From Thermoflexus hugenholtzii JAD2 (lineage in GTDB: Bacteria > Chloroflexota > Dehalococcoidia > UBA2979): DNA of 64,000 bases. Below are positions 10,666 through 20,043 of this stretch, in pieces (the stretch's first letter is position 1; the number at the start of each line of letters is the position of its first letter). The notes beneath the pieces are model-generated. The model searched no databases. It was not told where the DNA came from and saw only the letters and a program-made list of their open reading frames with translations. Both the position numbers and the translations under genes were made by a program. The DNA lies in contig CAMDNW010000001.1 of the NCBI GenBank assembly GCA_945903275.1, positions 128,303 to 192,302 of the forward strand, written 5' to 3'.

Positions 10666-13083
10666 CTATGGCCGGTCGCCATTCCCCCCAAGCGCGCTCG
10701 GCATCGGCATCGCCGCCTCGGCGTCCGCCTCCACACGGTGCGTGAGCACCTCCCGCGAGCCGCCCGCGCCGTCGGCAGGTCCAACGATGCCGCGTAGCTC
10801 GAGATCGTCCATGAGCCGGGCTGCGCGCGGATAGCCGATGCGCAGCCGCCGCTGGAGCAGCGAGGTCGAGATGCGCTGGCTCTCACGGGCGAGTTCAATC
10901 GCTTTCACCATCACCGGGTCGTCCTCATCGGCCGGCGCTTCGGCCTCCGCGAGCGCTCGCTCCGCGTCGGCCAACAGGTCGTCGTGCTTCTCGGGCACGA
11001 GGTCACCGAAGCGCCCGTCCGTCCAGAAACTCACGATTGATTCGATTTCCGGGTCGGTCAGGTAGACGCCCTGCAACCGGATAGGCTTCTGCGTGTCCGT
11101 CGGGACGTAGAGCATGTCGCCGCGGCCTAGTAGCTTCTCCGCGCCGCCCTGGTCGAGCACCGTCCGCGAGTCCACCTGCGACGACATTGCGAACGCGATG
11201 CGCGTCGGGAAGTTCGCCTTGATCAGCCCCGTTACCACGTCTACGGACGGGCGCTGTGTCGCGATGATCAGGTGGATGCCCGCCGCCCGTCCTAACTGTG
11301 CGAGGCGCACCAATTGCTGCTCTACCTGGAACGGCGCAGCCATCATCAAGTCGGCGAGTTCGTCGATGACCGTCACCCAATACGGCAGCTTGCCGCTCTC
11401 CGTGATCTCGTTGTAGCGCTTGATGTTCCGCACTCCCGCCTGCGCGAATCGGCGGTACCGCGACTCCATCTCGTGGATCACCGCTTGGAGCGTCCCGACG
11501 ACCTTCTCCATATCGACGACGATCTTCGAGAACGCGAGGTGCGGCACCTTATCGAACGCGGTGAGTTCCACACGCTTCGGGTCAACAAGGATCAGGCGCA
11601 ACTCCTCGGGTGAGTGATCCATCAGCAGGCACGTGATGATCGAGTTCAGGCAAACTGATTTACCCGATCCGGTCGCTCCGGCGATCAATAGGTGAGGCAT
11701 CGTCGTCAGGTCGGCGACGACTGGCTCGCCCGAGACCCCCGAGCCGAGCGCGATCGGCAGCGCGAACTCCTTGAGTGACTTCTGGAACTTCGGCGACTCC
11801 ATGACCGAGCGCAGCGTCACGATGCTCGATACCCCATTGGGCACCTCGATGCCCACGATCGACTTCCCGGGCACTGGCGCCTCGATACGCAACGCGGGCG
11901 TCGCCAGCGCGAGCGCAAGGTCATTCTGCAACTGCGTGATCCGGTTCACGCGGATGCGTGTGCGCGAGACTTCGACATCTTTGGTGCGCTGCTCCCCGTT
12001 GTCATCGGTCAGCGCCTGTCCCGAGGCGTCCCGCTCCACGACCGCACGCGTACGTACGTCCCAGCCCGGTTCCACACCAAACTGTGTGATCGTCGGGCCC
12101 TCGTTGATCTGTGTGACCCGCGCGTCCACGCTGAATGAGGCGAGCGTGTCCACGATCAACTGCGCGCGCCGCTCGTTGTCCGGCGCGCCGTCGACGGGCG
12201 CCGGTGCTTCTTTCAGCGCCGAAATAGGCGGCAACTGCCAACCGTCTGCGGAGTGCCTCCATTCGGTCGCCGAGTGCTCCATATCCATCGAGATTTGTAC
12301 GGCCGTCTTCGGCTCGCGCGCCCGCCGTCGCCGTGCCGGGGTTTCTTCATCGGTTGCGGCCACTTCAGCGACCGTTGCCACTGCCGCCCCCGGCAGCACT
12401 GCCACTGGCGCACCCACGCCGGTGGGTGCGCCAGTGCGCGGTGCGCGGATGCGGCGCCACAGTCCCCGCGCTGCACGGCCCACCGCCCGTCCTGCCGACC
12501 GGTGCAGTCCAAGGCCCACGAGCCATGCCCAGAAGCCGCGCAGCCCCCGCTGCAGCAGCCCCCGGAGGGCATCGAGGCCTGCCCGGGCGGTGCGTGGCCA
12601 CACCAGCGCGAAGCCGAGGGGGAGCGTCACCAGCCAGAAGGCTCCAGCGACCCACGACGCCGTTAATCTCGTGCCGAAGTCGCCGCCTGCCGAATGATTC
12701 GCAAGGCTGACCGCACCGACGGTCGTCTCGGGATACCAGCGGCCCAGAATGCCCTCGGAGAATGCGAGCAGTAGCAGCGCGCCGACCATGTGGCGGCGAT
12801 GGCGGGTGAGCCAGTCGGTGTGCCGCATTGCCAGCGCCGCTCCGGTGGAGGCGATTGCCAGCGTGAGCGTGAAGACGTGTACGCCGAGTGCCTGAACCAG
12901 TCCGTCGCGGGCGCTGCGGATCACACCCGCCAGCGGCAGCAGGAACGGCAGCACGGCGGTCGCGGCGACCACCAGCAGCGTGCCAATGACCTCGGGCCGC
13001 AGCAGGCGTCTACCGACGCTGAACAGGTCGGGTATATGCGGGCCGTTCGCCGCGCGAACGCGGCGGGTTCTGGTTCGTGCCAT
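10666..13083 (-). CDS. ftsK: DNA translocase FtsK/SpoIIIE
   Basis: N-terminal TM segments, Pro/Ala-rich linker, motor domain with GATGSGKS Walker A, and C-terminal gamma winged-helix domain. Confidence 0.9.
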   Translation of the reverse strand: MARTRTRRVRAANGPHIPDLFSVGRRLLRPEVIGTLLVVAATAVLPFLLPLAGVIRSARDGLVQALGVHVFTLTLAIASTGAALAMRHTDWLTRHRRHMVGALLLLAFSEGILGRWYPETTVGAVSLANHSAGGDFGTRLTASWVAGAFWLVTLPLGFALVWPRTARAGLDALRGLLQRGLRGFWAWLVGLGLHRSAGRAVGRAARGLWRRIRAPRTGAPTGVGAPVAVLPGAAVATVAEVAATDEETPARRRRAREPKTAVQISMDMEHSATEWRHSADGWQLPPISALKEAPAPVDGAPDNERRAQLIVDTLASFSVDARVTQINEGPTITQFGVEPGWDVRTRAVVERDASGQALTDDNGEQRTKDVEVSRTRIRVNRITQLQNDLALALATPALRIEAPVPGKSIVGIEVPNGVSSIVTLRSVMESPKFQKSLKEFALPIALGSGVSGEPVVADLTTMPHLLIAGATGSGKSVCLNSIITCLLMDHSPEELRLILVDPKRVELTAFDKVPHLAFSKIVVDMEKVVGTLQAVIHEMESRYRRFAQAGVRNIKRYNEITESGKLPYWVTVIDELADLMMAAPFQVEQQLVRLAQLGRAAGIHLIIATQRPSVDVVTGLIKANFPTRIAFAMSSQVDSRTVLDQGGAEKLLGRGDMLYVPTDTQKPIRLQGVYLTDPEIESIVSFWTDGRFGDLVPEKHDDLLADAERALAEAEAPADEDDPVMVKAIELARESQRISTSLLQRRLRIGYPRAARLMDDLELRGIVGPADGAGGSREVLTHRVEADAEAAMPMPSALGGNGDRP

Positions 13084-13168
13084 CTTTCGTTCCTCGCCCA
13101 GGAGACGCCCGCCACGGCCCCCGGCTGGGTGCTGAACGTTTGGCCGCCCTTGCGGCCGGGAAGTGTGT

Positions 13169-14824
13169 CTACACCTCCACTGTGATCGGCAGCACCAGCG
13201 GCCGCCGCCTTGTTTGCTCGTGGAGATATGTCGCCACGTCGTCCTTCAGAGTATCGCGGATGCCTGCCCAGTCGACACGCGTCTGCTCTCTGCCCAGCCG
13301 GTCGGCAATGAGCGACTGGATGCCCTCGACGATCGTCGGCTCCTCTTCGGGGCCAACGAAGCCGTGCGTCATTACTTCGGGCCGTCGCAGCAATGCACCG
13401 TTCTGCCGATCGATAGCTACCACGACCACTACCATGCCGTCGCTCGCGAGGTGCTGCCGGTCTCGTAGCACGATGTGGTCTACGTCGCCGATGCCAAGGC
13501 CGTCGACGTACACGTACTCCGCCGGCACTCGCTCGCCGGTGACGCGTGCGCCGTCCTCGTCGATTTCCATGACATCGCCGTCCGTCAGCACCAGTGCGTC
13601 CTTCTCATCCATCCCCAGCGTGATCGCCAGCTGGCGATGCAGCACTAGGTGGCGGTATTCGCCGTGGATGCCGATGAAGTGCTTCGGCCGCACGAGCCGG
13701 TGGATGATCTTGAGTTCTTCCTGTGCTGCGTGGCCGCGGACATGTACCGGCGCCAGCCGGTTGTAGATCACGTGCGCCCCGGCTTTGTAGAGGTTGTCGA
13801 TGTTGCGGTACACGAGCTTCTCGTTGCCTGGGACTGGGTTCGAGGAGAGTATCACCGTGTCGTTGCGCTGGATGACGATGTTCTGATGCGTCCCGTTCGC
13901 CATACGCGTGAGCGCCGAGGTCGGCTCGCCCTGCGATCCGGTGCAGATCACCACGGTCTTCGCGGTTGGCTGGTTATCCATCTCGCGGGCGGTAATCAGC
14001 GCTCCCGGCGGCACCTTCAGATAGCCGAGTTCGCGCGCCATCTGCGTGTTGTTCACCATCGACCGCCCGGTTACGAACACGCGCCGCCCATGCTTCGTGG
14101 CGGCGTCGATCACGATCTGGATGCGCGAGATCAGCGAGGCGAACGTGGTAACAATCACCCGATCCGGTGCGTCGGCGATCACACGCTCAATAGCATCGGC
14201 GACCGTTTGCTCTGACGGGGTGTATCCCTCGATCTCGATATAGGTCGAGTCCATCGCCAGCAGCAGCGCTCCCTCTTTACCGATTTCGGCAAGGCGCTGG
14301 AGGTCGGTGTGTTGTCCCATTACCGGTGTGTGGTCGATTTTGAAGTCGCCGGTGTGTACCACCGTGCCGAGCGGCGTGTGGATTAGCAGCGCCGCCGCAT
14401 CCGGAATCGAGTGGGACACCGAGACAAACTCGACGCGGAACGCGCCAACCTCGACGGTATTGCCGACCTCGACGACTTGGACGTGCGCGTCGTTCTGGAG
14501 CCGGTGTTCCTTCAACTTCACATCGACCAGCCCGCGCGTCAGCCGCGTGCAGAACACAGGAACGTTCAGTTCCTTGAGCAGGAACGGCAGCGCGCCGATG
14601 TGGTCTTCGTGGCCGTGGGTGAGGAACACCGCTTTGAACCGATCGGCATGATCGATGACATAACTGATATCAGGGATCACAAGGTCGACGCCGAGCATCT
14701 CCTCTTCGGGGAACATCAGCCCCACGTCGACGGCGATTATGTCCTCACCGTACTCGTACAGCATCATGTTCCGGCCGATCTCACCGAGACCGCCGAGTGG
14801 GATCACACGCAACGCCGGACTCAT
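13169..14824 (-). CDS. rnj: Ribonuclease J (beta-CASP metallo-beta-lactamase RNase)
   Basis: LGGLGEIGRNMM...HGHEDHIGALP motifs; start at MSPALRVIPLGG overlapping the UDG stop (ATGA). Confidence 0.85.
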   Translation of the reverse strand: MSPALRVIPLGGLGEIGRNMMLYEYGEDIIAVDVGLMFPEEEMLGVDLVIPDISYVIDHADRFKAVFLTHGHEDHIGALPFLLKELNVPVFCTRLTRGLVDVKLKEHRLQNDAHVQVVEVGNTVEVGAFRVEFVSVSHSIPDAAALLIHTPLGTVVHTGDFKIDHTPVMGQHTDLQRLAEIGKEGALLLAMDSTYIEIEGYTPSEQTVADAIERVIADAPDRVIVTTFASLISRIQIVIDAATKHGRRVFVTGRSMVNNTQMARELGYLKVPPGALITAREMDNQPTAKTVVICTGSQGEPTSALTRMANGTHQNIVIQRNDTVILSSNPVPGNEKLVYRNIDNLYKAGAHVIYNRLAPVHVRGHAAQEELKIIHRLVRPKHFIGIHGEYRHLVLHRQLAITLGMDEKDALVLTDGDVMEIDEDGARVTGERVPAEYVYVDGLGIGDVDHIVLRDRQHLASDGMVVVVVAIDRQNGALLRRPEVMTHGFVGPEEEPTIVEGIQSLIADRLGREQTRVDWAGIRDTLKDDVATYLHEQTRRRPLVLPITVEV

Positions 14825-15474
14825 CGCACCGCCTCGGGCGCCGAGGTCGCCGCCTGCGCTATCAGGCCGGGCAGGGTGGCGAAGTCCGCCTCGATCACCG
14901 ATCGCAGCGAGCCGTTGTGCAGCGCCGCCGCTGGGTGATACATCGGCACAATCATCCGTCCCTCCGCGCGCATGGCCTTGCCATGGATGCGTGCGATTGT
15001 CTGACCCGGAAACCACCGTGCCATCGAGAATCGCCCCAGCGTCACGATCACGCGCGGGTCGACCATCGTGATCTGGCGGTCAAGGTAGTCGGCACAGGCC
15101 TCGATCTTGTTCGGCTCGGGGTCGCGGTTTCCCGGCGGGCGGCATTTCACGACGTTTGCGATGTAGACCGCCTCCCGTGAGAGTCCGATGCCCGCTAACA
15201 ACTCATCGAGGAACTTCCCGGCCGGGCCGACAAACGGGACACCCAAATCGTCTTCTCGGGCACCTGGCGCCTCACCGATCAACATGATGTCTGCGGCCGC
15301 AGGCCCCGCACCCGGCACTGTCCGCGAGCGAGTACGCGCCAGCGGGCAGCGTGGGCAGTCCGCGACCTCCTCGTAGAGCGGTGCCCAGATCGGATCGATG
15401 GTCGAGACGGAAGCAGTGCCTCCGGGGGGTTGTGCCATAAGGTTATCGTAGCACCGGGGAGGGAACCCCTCCAC
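14821..15474 (-). CDS. Family 4 uracil-DNA glycosylase
   Basis: CxxC 4Fe-4S ligands, GEAPGxxED motif, and the HPAA motif. Confidence 0.85.
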   Translation of the reverse strand: MEGFPPRCYDNLMAQPPGGTASVSTIDPIWAPLYEEVADCPRCPLARTRSRTVPGAGPAAADIMLIGEAPGAREDDLGVPFVGPAGKFLDELLAGIGLSREAVYIANVVKCRPPGNRDPEPNKIEACADYLDRQITMVDPRVIVTLGRFSMARWFPGQTIARIHGKAMRAEGRMIVPMYHPAAALHNGSLRSVIEADFATLPGLIAQAATSAPEAVR

Positions 15475-15489
15475 AGCGTATGCAGGTGA

Positions 15490-16278
15490 TCAGTTTCTCC
15501 GAACAAGCCATGCGAGGCCGATGCCGAGGAAGTACAGCACCACAATCGGCCCCGCCACGAGCGTCTGTGTGACTGGATCGGGCGTCGGCGTGAGGACTGC
15601 TGAGGCCACGAACGCAATCACGATCGCAAACCGCCACATGCGCCAGAGCTTCCCGGCTGTCACTAGCCCGAACTTGGCTAGCCCCATGATGATGACTGGT
15701 GTCTCGAAAACTAGCCCGCAGACGAGGATCAAGCGGGTGGTGAGATCCATATAACTGCTGATCGTCGGCGTCGGGTCAGCGATCTGCTCGGCGCCGAACT
15801 GAAACAGGAAACCATATGCCGTCGGTAGCACAATGAAATAGGCGAACATAACGCCCAGCACGAACATCGCGGACGCCCCGATGGTGACCGGATAGATCCA
15901 TCGCTTCTCGTTCGGCATGAGCGCCGGACTGATGAACCGGAACGTCTGGAAGATGATCATCGGCATCGCGAATGAGAGTCCGCCAAGCAGCGCGACCCGG
16001 AAGTACACAAGGATATTTTCCATCGGCGAGATCGCCTGGGCATTGAACGACTCGACATTTCGCAGCGCCGGCTCCTTCAGCAGTTCAATGGCGCGAAACC
16101 CGACCGCTGGCACGAAGAACACCGACATGCCAAGGACGGTGGCGAACGCCATCCAGAACACGCGCTTCCGCAGTTCGAGTAGATGTTCGAGGATCGTCAT
16201 CTCGCCGGCCGCTGCCGCCGCGCGCCGTGTCACGTCGTCGTCCGGGTCGCGCTGAATCGGCGTGATGTTGGTCGCCAT
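15490..16278 (-). CDS. tatC: Sec-independent protein translocase TatC
   Basis: Six predicted TM helices; TatC-typical N-terminal LxxHLxELRxR. Confidence 0.9.
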   Translation of the reverse strand: MATNITPIQRDPDDDVTRRAAAAAGEMTILEHLLELRKRVFWMAFATVLGMSVFFVPAVGFRAIELLKEPALRNVESFNAQAISPMENILVYFRVALLGGLSFAMPMIIFQTFRFISPALMPNEKRWIYPVTIGASAMFVLGVMFAYFIVLPTAYGFLFQFGAEQIADPTPTISSYMDLTTRLILVCGLVFETPVIIMGLAKFGLVTAGKLWRMWRFAIVIAFVASAVLTPTPDPVTQTLVAGPIVVLYFLGIGLAWLVRRN

Positions 16279-16586
16279 CAGGGCTTGCGATCCTCCGGCG
16301 GCGTGTCAGTCGAGGCTGCGTCACGCGTCTCCGAGCCGATCCATTCCACGTCGCGGCCGATCTCGCGAATTGAGCGTAGGTCATCGGTCTGTTCGTTGAC
16401 CTCGCGCTCCAGGTCGCTCATTGCTCCCTGGACATCTTTCATCACAGCGTCCGCGTACTGCCGTGCCGTCCGGTACCAACGCCCGCCCTGGCGTGCGATC
16501 TCTGGAAAGCGCTGTGGCCCCACGACGATGAGCGTGATCACGAGGATCAGACCTGCTTCGCCGATGCCGACACCTATGAATTCCAT
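16278..16586 (-). CDS. tatA: Twin-arginine translocase subunit TatA/B
   Basis: Single N-terminal TM helix plus amphipathic helix; overlaps tatC start. Confidence 0.8.
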   Translation of the reverse strand: MEFIGVGIGEAGLILVITLIVVGPQRFPEIARQGGRWYRTARQYADAVMKDVQGAMSDLEREVNEQTDDLRSIREIGRDVEWIGSETRDAASTDTPPEDRKP

Positions 16587-16651
16587 AGCCGCTCCGTATG
16601 CGGGCCTGTCCCGTGCAGAAATGATACGCCCGGCGCAGACGGGCGGCCTTC

Positions 16652-16671
16652 CCGGGCGGGATGCCGCCCGG
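16652..16671 (-). terminator. GC hairpin downstream of acpP (no U-tract)
   Basis: ccgggcgg-gatg-ccgcccgg, perfect 8-bp stem. Confidence 0.35.
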
Positions 16672-16714
16672 TACGCCGGGCGCTCAGTATTGCCGGATGG
16701 CTGCGGTGTGGCGG

Positions 16715-16975
16715 TTAGTCGTCCTCAACCCCCGCGTCGTGAATGAAGTCCACCGCGTCCTGTACGGTCTGGATCTTCTCCGCGTCTTCGTCCGAAATCT
16801 CGATTGCGGAGCCGTCCTTCGAGAACTCCTCCTCAATCGACATGATCAACTCGACTAGGTCGAGCGAGTCCGCGTTGAGGTCATCGACGAACGAGGCGTT
16901 CGGCGTGACCTGCGACTCTTCGACGCCGAGCTGGTCAACGACCATCGACCGAACGCGCTCGTATACAGATGCCAT
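16715..16975 (-). CDS. acpP: Acyl carrier protein
   Basis: DSLDLVEL phosphopantetheine-attachment Ser motif; GAAGGGG SD. Confidence 0.9.
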   Translation of the reverse strand: MASVYERVRSMVVDQLGVEESQVTPNASFVDDLNADSLDLVELIMSIEEEFSKDGSAIEISDEDAEKIQTVQDAVDFIHDAGVEDD

Positions 16976-16998
16976 GTCGTTGACCCCTTCTTCCCGGT

Positions 16999-17457
16999 TC
17001 ATTCTGCTGTCGCCTCCTCCGGTGGTTCTCCACCGCTTGAGGCCGCCAGCGCTATCGCGCCGAGTACCCCGTTGACAAACCGCCCTGATGATTCTGATCC
17101 ATACCCTTTGGCCAATTCAACTGCTTCGTTGATGGCCGTCCGGAGCGGAGCCGGCTGATTATCAAAAAGCACCTCGTAGATTGCAAGGCGCAGGACGTTC
17201 CTGTCCACCGCCGCCATGTCTTCCAGCGGGAATGCTGGGGCGCGTTCGCGTATCACGGTGTCTATCTGCTCCCGGTACTGCTCGACCCCTTCGACCAGTT
17301 CGCGTGCGAACTCTGCCGCATCTTCCGTCAGCCGCGCCTCCTGTAACTGGCGTTCAAGGACATCTTGGATGTCTTTCCGCGCACTCTCCGCCTCAAACAG
17401 CGTTTGGAATGCCACGATGCGCGACCGTCGCCGGGAGCCGCTCGCCATCGCCGTCAT
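16999..17457 (-). CDS. nusB: Transcription antitermination factor NusB
   Basis: [12 protein letters not shown]...INEAVELAK...FVNGVL motifs. Confidence 0.8.
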   Translation of the reverse strand: MTAMASGSRRRSRIVAFQTLFEAESARKDIQDVLERQLQEARLTEDAAEFARELVEGVEQYREQIDTVIRERAPAFPLEDMAAVDRNVLRLAIYEVLFDNQPAPLRTAINEAVELAKGYGSESSGRFVNGVLGAIALAASSGGEPPEEATAE

Positions 17458-18206
17458 TAGTGCATCACCACGCCGCCGTCGACGTTGAATGTCTGCCCGG
17501 TGATGTACCCTGCGCCATCCGATGCGAGGAACGCGACCGTTGGCGCGATCTCCTCCGGCTGCGCGTACCGCCCCATCGGCACCATCCGCAGGATCGCAGC
17601 CTGCTGCTCCTCCGTCAGTCCCGAGGTCATGTCAGTCAGCACGAACCCCGGCGCGACGGCATTCACCGTCACGCCGCGCCCCGCGACCTCTCGCGCCACT
17701 GCCTTCGTGAAGCCGATGATGCCGGCTTTTGCCGCTGCGTAGTTCGACTGCCCCGCGTTACCCATCTCACCGACGATCGAGGTGATGTTGATCACCCGTC
17801 CCCAGCGCGCGCGCGTCATCTGCCGCAGCGCGAGCTTCGTCGCGAGGAATGTCCCTTTCAGGTTGGTGTCGAGCACCGCGTCCCAAGATTCCTCGGACAT
17901 CCGTAGCACCAGCCCGTCGTCCGTCATTCCCGCGTTGTTCACGAGGATGTCCGGCCCTCCGAAAGCGTCATGCGCTGCCTCGACCATGCGCTCCACTGCC
18001 GCTGCGTCGCGCACGTCTACTTCGGCGGTCGCGCAGCGGACACCGAGGCTCGTCACCTCTGCAATGACCTGCTCCGCGAGTGCGGCGTTCGAGCGATATG
18101 TGAAGAAGACGTTCGCGCCCTGGCGCCCCAGTTCCAGCGCAATGGCGCGCCCGATGCCCCGGCTTCCGCCGGTGATCAGCGCGCTCTTGCCGTCGAGATT
18201 GCCCAT
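17457..18206 (-). CDS. fabG: 3-oxoacyl-[ACP] reductase
   Basis: TGGSRGIG Rossmann motif and SDR YxxxK catalytic motif. Confidence 0.9.
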   Translation of the reverse strand: MGNLDGKSALITGGSRGIGRAIALELGRQGANVFFTYRSNAALAEQVIAEVTSLGVRCATAEVDVRDAAAVERMVEAAHDAFGGPDILVNNAGMTDDGLVLRMSEESWDAVLDTNLKGTFLATKLALRQMTRARWGRVINITSIVGEMGNAGQSNYAAAKAGIIGFTKAVAREVAGRGVTVNAVAPGFVLTDMTSGLTEEQQAAILRMVPMGRYAQPEEIAPTVAFLASDGAGYITGQTFNVDGGVVMH

Positions 18207-18210
18207 GACG

Positions 18211-19167
18211 CTACTCGGAACCTTCGCCGCGAGCCTCGGCGGCAGTGCCGACGTTTCGCAGGACGGCGGATGGCTCGGTGCGCTTGAGCGCTCCAGTGAG
18301 GATCTTCCCCGGCCCGAACTCGATGAATGTCGTCACGCCCGCCGCGAGCATGGTGCGGACGTCGTCGACCCACAGCACCGGACTCGTTACCTGGTCGGTC
18401 AACTCCGAGGCAAACTCAGCCCCCCGGCTCATCACTCGTCCGTGGACGTTCGACACGACAGGTATCAGCGGATCTGCAAACAGAGCAGCGGCCAGTACGC
18501 CTCGCATTCCTGCGGCGGCGGTTTCCATCATCGGAGTATGGAACGCACCCGCCACGTTGAGCGGCAGCACGCGTACCGCGCCCGCCGCCTTCGCCGCCTC
18601 GCCGGTCGCTTCTACTGCTGCGGCCGTTCCGCCGATTGAGATGTTTCCTGGGGCGTTCTCGTTGCACAGCGATGCACCGTGTGTCTCGCAGAGTGCAGCG
18701 ACTTGCTCGCGCTGCAAGCCGAGCACCACCGCCATCGTGCCGGGATACGCGTCGCACGCTTCTTGCATCAGCCGCCCGCGCTCACGTACGAGCCGCAGCC
18801 CGTCCGCGAACGACAGCGACTCTGCCGCGATCAGCGCCGCGTACTCGCCGAGGGAGTGTCCCGCAACGAACGTCGCGCGCTCCGTGACCGTGCCTGCCTC
18901 GATAGCAGCGACGAGTGCGGCGATGCCGTGGACGACGACGGCCGGCTGCGTGTTTACCGTGCGCGTCAGTTCGTTTTCAGGGCCTTCGAAGCAGAGTTGC
19001 GACAGTGAGAAGCCCAGCGCCTCGTCGGCCGCGTCGAACACCGCACGGGCGGCTGGGGCGGACTCGTACAGGTCGCGACCCATGCCGACGAACTGTGCTC
19101 CCTGTCCGGGGAACAGCCATGCGGTATCACGCGACTGCGGCAGCGTGGGGATGACGATCTCAGGCAT
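18211..19167 (-). CDS. fabD: Malonyl-CoA-ACP transacylase
   Basis: GQGAQ...GHSLGE active-site Ser motif. Confidence 0.9.
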   Translation of the reverse strand: MPEIVIPTLPQSRDTAWLFPGQGAQFVGMGRDLYESAPAARAVFDAADEALGFSLSQLCFEGPENELTRTVNTQPAVVVHGIAALVAAIEAGTVTERATFVAGHSLGEYAALIAAESLSFADGLRLVRERGRLMQEACDAYPGTMAVVLGLQREQVAALCETHGASLCNENAPGNISIGGTAAAVEATGEAAKAAGAVRVLPLNVAGAFHTPMMETAAAGMRGVLAAALFADPLIPVVSNVHGRVMSRGAEFASELTDQVTSPVLWVDDVRTMLAAGVTTFIEFGPGKILTGALKRTEPSAVLRNVGTAAEARGEGSE

Positions 19168-19232
19168 AGACGTCCCGTCCTGTTGTAGGCACTAGTAAGC
19201 CGGACGGAACCGGCGGGAGCGAGTCTAGCTGG

Positions 19233-19433
19233 TTAGCGGGCGGCTGTAGCGGTGGCGGGACCGAGCACCTGTCGCCCGTTGTAGATGCCGCATACCGGGC
19301 AGACGCGGTGGTTCGCGCGCATTGCCCGGCATTGCGGGCAGCGCACCAGTTGCGCCGTCACCACGCGGTGGTGGCTGCGGCGGGTGCCCTGCTTCGAGGG
19401 GGGAGTGCGCTTCTTAGGTACCGCCACGATGTT
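19233..19433 (-). CDS. rpmF: 50S ribosomal protein L32
   Basis: VAVPKKRTPPSKQGTRRSHH... with CxxC...CxxC; GTG start after GGAGG; overlaps yceD 3' end. Confidence 0.85.
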   Translation of the reverse strand, partial: NIVAVPKKRTPPSKQGTRRSHHRVVTAQLVRCPQCRAMRANHRVCPVCGIYNGRQVLGPATATAAR

Positions 19434-19953
19434 CCTCCGTCCGCAGCCGCTCTGCGAGCGCTGCGAGACTCGACCAAGCTGCTTCGGCCTGCTGATCCTC
19501 ATGCTCGTGCAGACGCTCGTTCAGGTTCTGCCCGCAAACGGGGCAGAGACCCGCACAATCCTCCCGGCACACCGGCTGGATGGGCAACGCCGCCTGTTCA
19601 TATTGCCTGACCGCCTCGCTGAGGTCGAGGTGGTTCAGGTCATCGATGCGGAACTCGTCCGGATCCGCCTCCACCGCCTCGCCCGTCACCGGGTCGTGGT
19701 GCGGCACGAACTCCTCGTCAACCTGCAGCGTGAGCGGCAGTTCGAATGCTTCGAGGCACCTCGCGCACTCGAGTGCCGGACGGACATCCATACGCGCCCG
19801 CACTAAGATGCCGCGTTCCGTGCGGAGCATATGTATCCGGCCGCTCGCCCTAGCGACATAACCAACATCCGGTGCCGACAGTTCGCCGTCGGCCTCAAAG
19901 AGGCGCGTAGCGCCCACCGGCTCCTGCAAGAGTGTTGCGACGTTGAACTGCAT
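19414..19953 (-). CDS. yceD: YceD/DUF177 family protein
   Basis: Conserved position upstream of rpmF; C-terminal CxxC...CxxC motifs. Confidence 0.75.
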   Translation of the reverse strand: MQFNVATLLQEPVGATRLFEADGELSAPDVGYVARASGRIHMLRTERGILVRARMDVRPALECARCLEAFELPLTLQVDEEFVPHHDPVTGEAVEADPDEFRIDDLNHLDLSEAVRQYEQAALPIQPVCREDCAGLCPVCGQNLNERLHEHEDQQAEAAWSSLAALAERLRTEEHRGGT

Positions 19954-20043
19954 GTGGCTGATCGTAGCACCGGGAACGTCCAAGGCCTTACCGCGTTGTC
20001 TCCGTCAGCCGCTAGCGTCGGTGGGCGAGAGTGGGGGGAGTGT

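Noticed and set aside
13140-13157. Hairpin ggccgc-cctt-gcggcc between rnj and ftsK as a terminator
   Set aside because: Short 6-bp stem without a U-tract on the relevant strand; too weak to call.
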